Shown here one piece after another: positions 7,682-15,036 of a stretch of 40,269 nucleotides of DNA. Position 1 is the stretch's first letter. Every line of letters starts with the position of its first letter. Origin of the DNA: a virus (lineage: Duplodnaviria > Caudoviricetes); IMG/VR virus record IMGVR_UViG_3300038314_000675, positions 1-40,269 of that record; one strand, written 5' to 3'. The position numbers and the translations under genes are program-made. The notes beneath the pieces are model-generated. The model saw only the letters and a list, made by a program, of their open reading frames with translations. It made no database searches and was not told where the DNA came from.

Positions 7682-9495
7682 TCCAGCTCATCGGCCGGCA
7701 TGTCGTATGCCAGCACCCTGTAAAACCCGCTGTCGCGGTCCTTCACATAGCTGATCGTCGCAGGTGTGCGCCCGCCAGCCGTTGCCTGCTCGTATTTCGC
7801 CATTTCCGCCATAGCGCGCCGGTGCGTGCCATGCGGCTGAAACCATGTCGAAAATTGCCGGTGCGGCGTAACCCAGTCCACGCGCAGCGTCGGATTGCCG
7901 CGCTGCGACACGCCGTGCTTCACCTCCATACCGGTCACCTCGTCGGTTTGCGGCTGGGTCGGGTCGCGCTTCATGGCCTTGAATTCCGCGGCGAGCTTCT
8001 CGTTCGGATCCACGATCTCGCCCTTGCATTCGTAGCAATAGCGCGCGGCGATGTCGTTCATTTCGCCGCATTCTGGGCATTCCTTGCCGTTCCAGCGATA
8101 CCCGCAGCGCGCATAAACCCCGCCGGGCTGCAGCAGCTGCCCAAAGCACCGGCGGCCGTAGTGGCCGGGCACCGGCCCGTGCTCCGATTGCAGCACGTCT
8201 CCGAACACGTCCAGGCAATAGCCATGCTGGTCGGTCTGGAATTCGGCATAGTCCTTGTGGATGCGGAACTCGTTCGTATGCCCGCAATCGGGGCAGGCGG
8301 CTTCGAGCATCCCTCCTTCACCGCCCCCGCCGCTGGCCTTGATCACCGGGGCGTAAATATCGCCGTCAGGGAAGTGCCGATCGACGTTGCCCGCATAGTC
8401 CAGCAGCAGCCCTTCGGCCTTGTCGGGGTGCAGGCGCCATGCGCGGCCCATGATCTGCTGTAGCAACGCGGCGCTTTCGGTGTAGCGCAGCAAGGCGATG
8501 ACGCTGGTGTGCTCGACATCGAAGCCCGTCGTTAGCGTGCCCACGCTCACCAGATACCGGAATTTCTGGTCTCGGTAGTCTTGGATGATGCGATTCCGCT
8601 CGCCGCGGTCGGTGTCGCCGGTCACCAGTCGTGCGTTGCCCGGGGGCAGGCTGGCCATGACCTCTTCGGCGTGCCGCACGGTCGCGGCGAAGATCATCAC
8701 CCCGCCGCTTCCCTTCCCGGCTGCGCGGTGCGCGCGGGCCTGCGCGATAACATCTGCCACGATCGCTGCGGTCTTGCGGCCGTGGCCCACGAAGGCGCGC
8801 TCGATGTCGTCGGGCGCCGGCGTGCCGTTCGGTAGCAGGTGCACGCCGCTGGTATCGTAGGCGCCTTCTGAGGAGTTGATCGCCCCGATCGTCATGGGGG
8901 TGATGAATCCTTCCTCAAGCATTTCCTGCGCACTGACGCGATAGACGCAGCGCGTAAAATACGGATCGCGCGCGGCGTCGTCGCCGTTCGTCTTGGCATC
9001 CGGCCAAACGCGGAAAATATAGCCGCTGCCAAGCCTGTATGGCGTGCCCGACAAGCCGATGACGCGCAGATTCGGATTGGCCTCGCGCATGGCGTCGATG
9101 ATCGCGCGAATGGTCGGGGTCATGCCGTGGCATTCGTCGACGATCACCGCGCAATACTGGGTCAGAAACCGGCTGATGGCATTCTTGATAGTACCCGGCG
9201 TGCCGAACACGATTGGCCTTCGCGTCGATTTTGCCCCCGCGCTCGCGCTGAATATGCTGGCGCGTTCGCCGGTCAGCAGGAACTTGGCGAAATTCTGCTT
9301 CACCAGCTCGGCGCTTGGCGCCAGGCACAGCACGCGCTTGCCCTTGCTCATCTGGTGAAGCTCGGCGCCTAGTGCCGCGATCATGAAGCTTTTGCCGGCA
9401 GCGGGCGCCGCGTCGATCAAGCACGGGTCGATCGATTGGCGCACCTCTGCAATCGCTGCTTCGACACAGCGCGATTGGTAGGGTCTGAGGATCAT
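7672..9495 (-). CDS. SF2 DEAD/DEAH-box (RadD/YejH-like) helicase with Zn ribbon
   Basis: LRPYQ, AAPAAGKS, DECH, SGT, LTTGFD, QIMGRAWR motifs and C-terminal CxxC pairs. Confidence 0.92.
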   Translation of the reverse strand: MILRPYQSRCVEAAIAEVRQSIDPCLIDAAPAAGKSFMIAALGAELHQMSKGKRVLCLAPSAELVKQNFAKFLLTGERASIFSASAGAKSTRRPIVFGTPGTIKNAISRFLTQYCAVIVDECHGMTPTIRAIIDAMREANPNLRVIGLSGTPYRLGSGYIFRVWPDAKTNGDDAARDPYFTRCVYRVSAQEMLEEGFITPMTIGAINSSEGAYDTSGVHLLPNGTPAPDDIERAFVGHGRKTAAIVADVIAQARAHRAAGKGSGGVMIFAATVRHAEEVMASLPPGNARLVTGDTDRGERNRIIQDYRDQKFRYLVSVGTLTTGFDVEHTSVIALLRYTESAALLQQIMGRAWRLHPDKAEGLLLDYAGNVDRHFPDGDIYAPVIKASGGGGEGGMLEAACPDCGHTNEFRIHKDYAEFQTDQHGYCLDVFGDVLQSEHGPVPGHYGRRCFGQLLQPGGVYARCGYRWNGKECPECGEMNDIAARYCYECKGEIVDPNEKLAAEFKAMKRDPTQPQTDEVTGMEVKHGVSQRGNPTLRVDWVTPHRQFSTWFQPHGTHRRAMAEMAKYEQATAGGRTPATISYVKDRDSGFYRVLAYDMPADELETV

Positions 9496-10130
9496 TTTAC
9501 TGACCTGGCTATTGAAATCAGAAGGTCGCGGAACTCGGTGGGTGTCGCGATCCGGGGGCTGCTATCCCTTCCGCCGCCTTTGAAGGCCAACTCCCCGGCG
9601 CGCTTACATTTTGCCAGTCCGTATTTCTGAATGGCCCATTCAGGAAATTCAGGTTCGCTTCGGCCCCACCGGAGCTGGGGGAGTAGATGGACTGGGACAC
9701 CATACACCAGCAACCATGTTGGCTTGCGCGCATAGTGCCCATATCGACCTTGTTCAACGCAGCAAGTCCAGCCACCAAAAGAATCGGCATAAACCCAACC
9801 ACCAGACCGTGGGGGTTTATTCAGCCCGAACCAAGACCACGCGTTACTGCTTTCGGGGTGCTCGATCACGCCACCGAAGCGGCGTGCGTCGAACAAGGCG
9901 GATTTGAAGCACCCTTGGTCGTCGCCCTTCGACTTACGCTCTCCGGTTTTTTTGATCCACAGAGGCTGTCCGGCCCAGAGCTTACCCCACCTCGGGCAAG
10001 GTGGATGCGCCACTACCGGATGCGGGCCGTTGTACCGCCGCGCGTCTCGCGCCTCGTCCCAAGGATCCACACCCTCAAGCCCGAAGTAACAACCACTGGT
10101 TTCTACATAAAGAGCGGCGATTTCCCTCAT
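9492..10130 (-). CDS. Compact C5-cytosine methyltransferase-like protein
   Basis: Start re-assigned to ATG 10130 (ATGA coupling). VVAHPPC (PC motif), IEHP (ENV-like), Q..YGH.ARK.TWL, R..TP..F. Confidence 0.6.
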   Translation of the reverse strand: MREIAALYVETSGCYFGLEGVDPWDEARDARRYNGPHPVVAHPPCPRWGKLWAGQPLWIKKTGERKSKGDDQGCFKSALFDARRFGGVIEHPESSNAWSWFGLNKPPRSGGWVYADSFGGWTCCVEQGRYGHYARKPTWLLVYGVPVHLLPQLRWGRSEPEFPEWAIQKYGLAKCKRAGELAFKGGGRDSSPRIATPTEFRDLLISIARSVK

Positions 10131-10327
10131 ACCGGCTTCACCGCCCCCACGTCCCATGCGTGTCCCGTCAATCCCCACCGTAGCTGCGCGGGCGTGTACT
10201 CGTGGCGATCGTCGATGCGCCCATTTGCGAATTGCACGCGCAGCTTCGTTTCCTTCGGCATCAAGTCGGGATAGGTGCCGGGGTTCTTGTGGAAGCCGGG
10301 TGCGGGGATTGGCTGGGGAGGGGTCAT
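10127..10327 (-). CDS. Hypothetical protein
   Basis: ATGA coupling at both ends. Confidence 0.65.
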   Translation of the reverse strand: MTPPQPIPAPGFHKNPGTYPDLMPKETKLRVQFANGRIDDRHEYTPAQLRWGLTGHAWDVGAVKPV

Positions 10328-11055
10328 AGGATGAATAAGTCCTTTTGCCGCTGGGCGTCCTCAATGCGCTTGCAAGCGATGTCGAAATACTTGGGTTCGC
10401 GCTCAATACCGATGAAATCGCGGCCCATTTTAACGGCTGCTACGCCAGTGGTCCCGCTGCCCATGAAGGGGTCTAGGATGGTTTGGTCTACGTCGGTCAA
10501 TTTATCGACGTTCCACTTCATCAGGTTTAGCGGTTTTTGCGTCGGGTGATCGACCTTTCCCGGCTGTCCGAAGCGGTAACTGTCAGCCTCGAAACGGTTA
10601 AAGTCGTATTGTCCGCCATTCCAAGACCTTCCAGGCAGGTAGCCATAAACTGCTTGCTCCACAGATTGCGCAAACCCCGCGCCGGGAGCAGAAGGTGGTG
10701 GGCAACGCTTCGACCAGAACAGAAGGCGCGTGGAATATCCGCGCTCCTCAAGCATGGCAGTTAGTGGACCGATCTGCCGATGCCCGCACCACGCGATGAC
10801 GGTTTTAGGTTCCGAAGCGATGGCGAGGGAATAGGCATCCACGACTAAGCCAGTCATCGCGGCCCAATCGGTATCGCCAGCGAAGAAGTCGAGGTTGCGA
10901 ACACCCTTGCCGGGTTGCGAAATAACCTTCGCGCCCGCGACACTGACAGAATATGGCGGGTCCCCAATCACCGCGTCCACCTTGCCCAGTGTCGGCAGAA
11001 TGTCCCGGCAGTCCCCGCAATACAGCGTGGCGCGTCCAATTTTTACCGGTTCCAT
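10324..11055 (-). CDS. Beta-class N6A/N4C DNA methyltransferase 2
   Basis: DPPY, HPTQKP, ILDPFMGSGTTG. Start re-assigned to ATG 11055 (TGATG coupling). Confidence 0.92.
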   Translation of the reverse strand: MEPVKIGRATLYCGDCRDILPTLGKVDAVIGDPPYSVSVAGAKVISQPGKGVRNLDFFAGDTDWAAMTGLVVDAYSLAIASEPKTVIAWCGHRQIGPLTAMLEERGYSTRLLFWSKRCPPPSAPGAGFAQSVEQAVYGYLPGRSWNGGQYDFNRFEADSYRFGQPGKVDHPTQKPLNLMKWNVDKLTDVDQTILDPFMGSGTTGVAAVKMGRDFIGIEREPKYFDIACKRIEDAQRQKDLFIL

Positions 11056-11924
11056 CACGTCACCTTCCAATAGCTGCTTGCCTTGCCGCGGTACGGCTCG
11101 AGGTCCACCCCAGAGCAATGATCCTTCACGACCTTCGCGTAGGACACCGCGCCCGGGCGATCTACCAAGGAAACCTTCCGCCCCGCGACCAGCGCGTTCT
11201 TGCCGCCGGCCATGTCGGTGATTTCCGCCAGCAAATCCTTCTTGCGTTCCGCCAGGCGCTCCATCTGTTCGGCAATGTCATCCCATTCCGCCATCGCCTT
11301 GTGCGCCGCCGGGGTGTCGATTGTGACGCGCTTGGGAGCCAGGTGGTCGTCGGGGTTGTTCTCGAGCTCGTGCAGGAACTCGGCATGGAACTGGCGCAGG
11401 CGGGGGATGTTGTCGGCAACCCAGTCGCCATCGGGCTTGATCACGCGGTGATGCGTGCCATTCGGCGCCCATTGGAAGAACGACCACCATTCGCGCCCGG
11501 TCACCCAAAGCGTGAATTGCACCTGCGCATAGTAGTGCGGCTGGTCTTCGATCGTCTTGAATTCGACGGGCGCCTCGGCTTTGCGCAGGCCATACGGGCA
11601 CTTGATTTCGACGCCGCCCTTTTCCCCGACAAGCCCGTCGGGCGACACGCCTGCCCAGTCCTCGTGCGGGATGAAGCCGACCTCTTCTACCTCGTGCAGC
11701 GTCTCGATCCGGTAATCGATCATCGCGCCGGGTTCGTTGTTCGTGCCCCATTCGGTCGCCACGTTGCCTTGAAATTCGCGCTCGGCGCCAAGGCTTTCGC
11801 GGACCATGGCGCGCATTGCGTTATCGCGGGTCATGTAGGGGTTGAGGCCAAGGATCGCGCCGACCATGCTGGCGGTGACGCGGTTCTTGCGGGCTTCGAA
11901 CCATTCGGGGCTGCGTTGCTTCAT
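11055..11924 (-). CDS. YqaJ/lambda-exonuclease family protein
   Basis: QRSPEWFEARKNRVTAS, SPDG, EIKCP, YYAQVQ. Start ATG 11924. Confidence 0.92.
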   Translation of the reverse strand: MKQRSPEWFEARKNRVTASMVGAILGLNPYMTRDNAMRAMVRESLGAEREFQGNVATEWGTNNEPGAMIDYRIETLHEVEEVGFIPHEDWAGVSPDGLVGEKGGVEIKCPYGLRKAEAPVEFKTIEDQPHYYAQVQFTLWVTGREWWSFFQWAPNGTHHRVIKPDGDWVADNIPRLRQFHAEFLHELENNPDDHLAPKRVTIDTPAAHKAMAEWDDIAEQMERLAERKKDLLAEITDMAGGKNALVAGRKVSLVDRPGAVSYAKVVKDHCSGVDLEPYRGKASSYWKVT

Positions 11925-12307
11925 GATTTTTCTCCTTGGGCGCGTATTGCAGCAGCGCAGAGGGCAAGCGCGGGGGTGGCTGCGCGCCCTTTCCACCACT
12001 GCTCGTCATTCCCAACATCGGCGGCGCAATGGTCAGGCCCTTCAAGCTGGAACCAATGTCCCTCCGGCACCAGCGTCATCGCGGCGTCGATGGAGGCGGT
12101 GTAGCGGGGGCATTCGTAACGCACCTGCAATTCACCGACGGGCATGACGAAACCTGACGCACTGTTCGGGTCGGGCTGTAATTCAATATCCATTCCGAAA
12201 GCAGCCTTCGGCAAGGGTGTGCCAACTGCTTTGAATATCTCGCGGTCCATCTCCCTGCACGGCCCCTCCAGCGCCTCGATCCGCTCGGCCAATTCGTCAT
12301 GCGTCAT
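11921..12307 (-). CDS. Hypothetical phage protein (YTASIDAAMTLVP family)
   Basis: Conserved-looking motifs PRYTASIDAAMTLVPEG and ATPALALCAAA. GGAG RBS; an alternative start lies at 12319. Confidence 0.7.
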   Translation of the reverse strand: MTHDELAERIEALEGPCREMDREIFKAVGTPLPKAAFGMDIELQPDPNSASGFVMPVGELQVRYECPRYTASIDAAMTLVPEGHWFQLEGPDHCAADVGNDEQWWKGRAATPALALCAAAIRAQGEKS

Positions 12308-12379
12308 AACATTCTCCATTTTCCATCTCTTATCCTCACCCCCGCCGCCGCGAAGCGACGGGGGTCCGGGAAGGGGTGG

Positions 12380-12955
12380 TTAGAAGGGAATGTCGTCGTC
12401 GAGGTCGTCCTTGACGCTACCCCCCTTCGGTGCAGCATCGCCCTTCACAACCAGTTCCTTCGAACCGTTCGGGGCCACCGCAGCAACCCAGTTGCCGGTG
12501 TTGTCGCCAATTTCCCATACCTTGACGGTCAGCACCATCGGCTTGTTCACCAGCGCCAGGGCAAGCTGGTCGTCGGTGGGTTCGCCGCCGGCCTTGGCCA
12601 GCTTCCCTCCCGCATTGGCGTCGATCGTCGAAAGCATCCGCAGCGCCTTGTCGCGCTTCTTGTCGGCTTCCTCTTTGCCCTTCTTGAAGGCGTTGGGCTC
12701 GGGATCCTTGACCCAAAGCTTCTGGAAAACGACACGCCGTGCGACCTGCTCGGGCTCCTGCACCTTCCACTTGATGTTGATATAGCGCGGCTCGCCGTCG
12801 TCCTCGCGGCCCTTCGCCCACTTGGCCTCTTCGACGAAAGCCATGACGGTCGACCCGTCGGGGATCAGTTCGAAATCGCCGCCGCCCGCGCTGTATTCCT
12901 TGGGGGCTTCGGATTGGGCGAGATCTTCGCCGGTTGATGTTGACCAAAAGCTCAT
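12380..12955 (-). CDS. Single-stranded DNA-binding protein (DUF669-like)
   Basis: FELIPDG N-terminal motif, acidic C-terminal tail DDLDDDIPF, next to the ATPase and exonuclease. Confidence 0.8.
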   Translation of the reverse strand: MSFWSTSTGEDLAQSEAPKEYSAGGGDFELIPDGSTVMAFVEEAKWAKGREDDGEPRYINIKWKVQEPEQVARRVVFQKLWVKDPEPNAFKKGKEEADKKRDKALRMLSTIDANAGGKLAKAGGEPTDDQLALALVNKPMVLTVKVWEIGDNTGNWVAAVAPNGSKELVVKGDAAPKGGSVKDDLDDDIPF

Positions 12956-13140
12956 TTCGTATTCCTTTCCTGTTCTTTCACAAATTCACGCGCGGCTTCC
13001 ATCGTCGAAAAGCCGATGTTGGAAATGCGGGTGCGGGGGCCGTCGAAGGTGCCGATCGTCTCGACAATCCGAAAGCGCAGTTCGCCCACACGGTTGGGAG
13101 TGTGGTTCTCCCAGATTTGGAGGGGCTTGTCCGCCATCAC
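12952..13140 (-). CDS. Hypothetical protein
   Basis: Coupled at both ends. Confidence 0.6.
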   Translation of the reverse strand: MMADKPLQIWENHTPNRVGELRFRIVETIGTFDGPRTRISNIGFSTMEAAREFVKEQERNTK

Positions 13141-13922
13141 CCTTCCCCTTTCCCGGCCGCCGCCTTGCGCGCGGTGATGCCAAGTGCATCCTCGAGCGGG
13201 TTGGTGCCCTGGTCGAAATCCAGCGGCTCGGTAATGCCGAACCGGTTCTTCGCCACGCTCGCCGCGGTCGCATACGCCACCAGTTCGCGGCTGCCGTCGC
13301 TGATCACCTTCTTGCGCTGGTCCTCGTCGCCGCGCAGCACCGACGTCAGCCGCACGAAACCCACCAAGTCCACGTCGTCGACGTAGTAGGGCAGCGACTT
13401 GGGCATCAGGCGCAGGCTGTGGCGCGTATAGTCGTCCATGTCGGGCGGCCGCATGGTTTCGATGTCCGCGTGCGCGATGAACACGACGGCCATGCCTTTC
13501 ACCTCGTTCAAGCGCCCCGCCAGCTTGCGGACGCGGCTGTGCATGGCCGCCACAGCGGCCGGGCCGTTGCCATAGCCGCCAAGCGCCTGGTTGATGCCCT
13601 TGGCGCGCTGGTCCTTGGCGAGAATTTCGCGGATGAAGACTTCCTCGAGCTTCGACACGCTGTCGATCACCAGCGTGCTGTATTCGTGGTCTTCGGTGCC
13701 CAGTGCCATCATCTGTTCGAACAGGTTTTCGCTGTCCTTCACAGGCGGGAAAGCGTCAGGCCGCTTGTCCTTGGGGATTGCCTGCAGGCCGTCTTCTGCG
13801 CGTATAAAGATCGGCGCGGGGAAGGTGGCTGCAAGGCTGGTCTTGCCGGTGCCGGCATCGCCGCAGATCGTAAGGATCGGCGCGCGGTCGGCGGGTTTCG
13901 AGATTGTTTCGAGGATGCTCAT
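13137..13922 (-). CDS. AAA_24 / Sak4-like ATPase (recombination)
   Basis: Walker A GDAGTGKT, Walker B LVIDS, FIAH, AKNR. Start ATG 13922. Confidence 0.88.
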   Translation of the reverse strand: MSILETISKPADRAPILTICGDAGTGKTSLAATFPAPIFIRAEDGLQAIPKDKRPDAFPPVKDSENLFEQMMALGTEDHEYSTLVIDSVSKLEEVFIREILAKDQRAKGINQALGGYGNGPAAVAAMHSRVRKLAGRLNEVKGMAVVFIAHADIETMRPPDMDDYTRHSLRLMPKSLPYYVDDVDLVGFVRLTSVLRGDEDQRKKVISDGSRELVAYATAASVAKNRFGITEPLDFDQGTNPLEDALGITARKAAAGKGEG

Positions 13923-14119
13923 GCTTTTTCTCCCCAAAGGATTTGGGCCATGCGCCCCTGCGCTGTGATGCGGCGGGCGCTTACTGCGCGCCAGCCCTTT
14001 GTCGGGTGCAGAACTGCATAGCCGCCGTCAGGCAGGTCGACGTGCGGTCGCGTGCTGGGTTCATAGTCGGGAAGCGCGCGCACAGCGCGGCGCTGCAAAT
14101 TCCGTGGGTAGCTGCTCAT
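13919..14119 (-). CDS. Hypothetical protein (LHPTKGWR motif)
   Basis: AAGGAG RBS, ATGA coupling. Confidence 0.7.
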   Translation of the reverse strand: MSSYPRNLQRRAVRALPDYEPSTRPHVDLPDGGYAVLHPTKGWRAVSARRITAQGRMAQILWGEKA

Positions 14120-14466
14120 GCTTTCTCTCCTTTCAGCCATGCCAGAATATCCGCCGCCAGCGACACGTCGCCATCGGCAAGCGCAACCGCATCGCGGCGC
14201 ATTTCGTATTCGGTGGGGAGGGATTGAACTGCGGGGGCGGTGTCGGGGTCGGTCTTGGTGGTGCGGTTACGGATGCGGACATCACCCACGCCAAACGTCG
14301 GCTCGCCTTCCGCGTTAAAATAAAGGGCACCGCCTACATACTGTTCCAGGCAATAATCCCCTTCGTCATCCGGCTGGGCTTCCTTCGGATCCAACTTCAC
14401 CGCTTCAACCCGCCCGCTGGGGTGGTAGGCTTCCAGCGGCATGGTCCAATCAATTTCGTCTTCCAT
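14116..14466 (-). CDS. Hypothetical protein, first gene of the replication operon
   Basis: GAGG RBS before ATG 14466. Confidence 0.65.
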   Translation of the reverse strand: MEDEIDWTMPLEAYHPSGRVEAVKLDPKEAQPDDEGDYCLEQYVGGALYFNAEGEPTFGVGDVRIRNRTTKTDPDTAPAVQSLPTEYEMRRDAVALADGDVSLAADILAWLKGEKA

Positions 14467-14534
14467 ATCTACCTCATTGGGCTTGTGCTGGCCGCGACAG
14501 CTTCTCAACAGCGGCGAGATAGGGACTAGACGGG

Positions 14535-14580
14535 TGCAGAAAAGATTGCAATAGGGAATTTGCAATTATTTATCGCAACG
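14535..14580. promoter_or_regulatory. Divergent promoter/operator region
   Basis: AT-rich, with inverted repeat ATTGCAA-8 nt-TTGCAAT (14545-14566) between divergent operons, directly upstream of an HTH gene. Confidence 0.55.
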
Positions 14581-14593
14581 AAAGGAAAGACCG

Positions 14594-14770
14594 ATGCCCG
14601 AACTCGAATGGCTCAAGAAGGAATTGAGCAAGCGGCATATCCCTGATGTCTGCCGCGCGACGCAGCTAAGCGACCCGACCGTGCGCGCCATCGCCAACGG
14701 CACCAATGACAATCCGCGCCTGAAAACCATTCAGGCAATCGCGGATTACCTCGTGTCGACGGGGGCGTGA
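14594..14770 (+). CDS. 58-aa XRE/Cro-like HTH regulator (not in ORF track)
   Basis: AAAGGA RBS. MPELEWLKKELSKRHIPDVCRATQLSDPTVRAIANGTNDNPRLKTIQAIADYL has the XRE pattern. Confidence 0.8.
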   Translation: MPELEWLKKELSKRHIPDVCRATQLSDPTVRAIANGTNDNPRLKTIQAIADYLVSTGA

Positions 14771-15036
14771 TCATGACCGATTGGCAGAAAGGCGATCTGG
14801 CGCTGTGTGTGCGGCATGTTGCGCCTATTAAAGTTGGTCAGATACACACTGTTGTATTCGTAGCGCCAGACAGAAACACCGGGATTATTGCTCTAGCATT
14901 CGAGGGCGTAGAGCCCGCTAATCCCGAGGCAGATTGCTTCCTCAGTAATCGCTTCCGCAAAATAACTCCCCCCAGGCCCACCGCAGACGACCGCGAAGTC
15001 ATCGACATCATGAAGGGCAGGAAGGTGCCGGCATGA
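14767..15036 (+). CDS. Hypothetical protein
   Basis: Coupled to both the HTH gene and the primase. Confidence 0.65.
   Translation: MIMTDWQKGDLALCVRHVAPIKVGQIHTVVFVAPDRNTGIIALAFEGVEPANPEADCFLSNRFRKITPPRPTADDREVIDIMKGRKVPA

Noticed and set aside
11921-14125. Several genes ending in GEKA/GEKS
   Set aside because: Explained by the next gene's GGAGAAA ribosome-binding site embedded in the coupled 3' end, not a protein motif.
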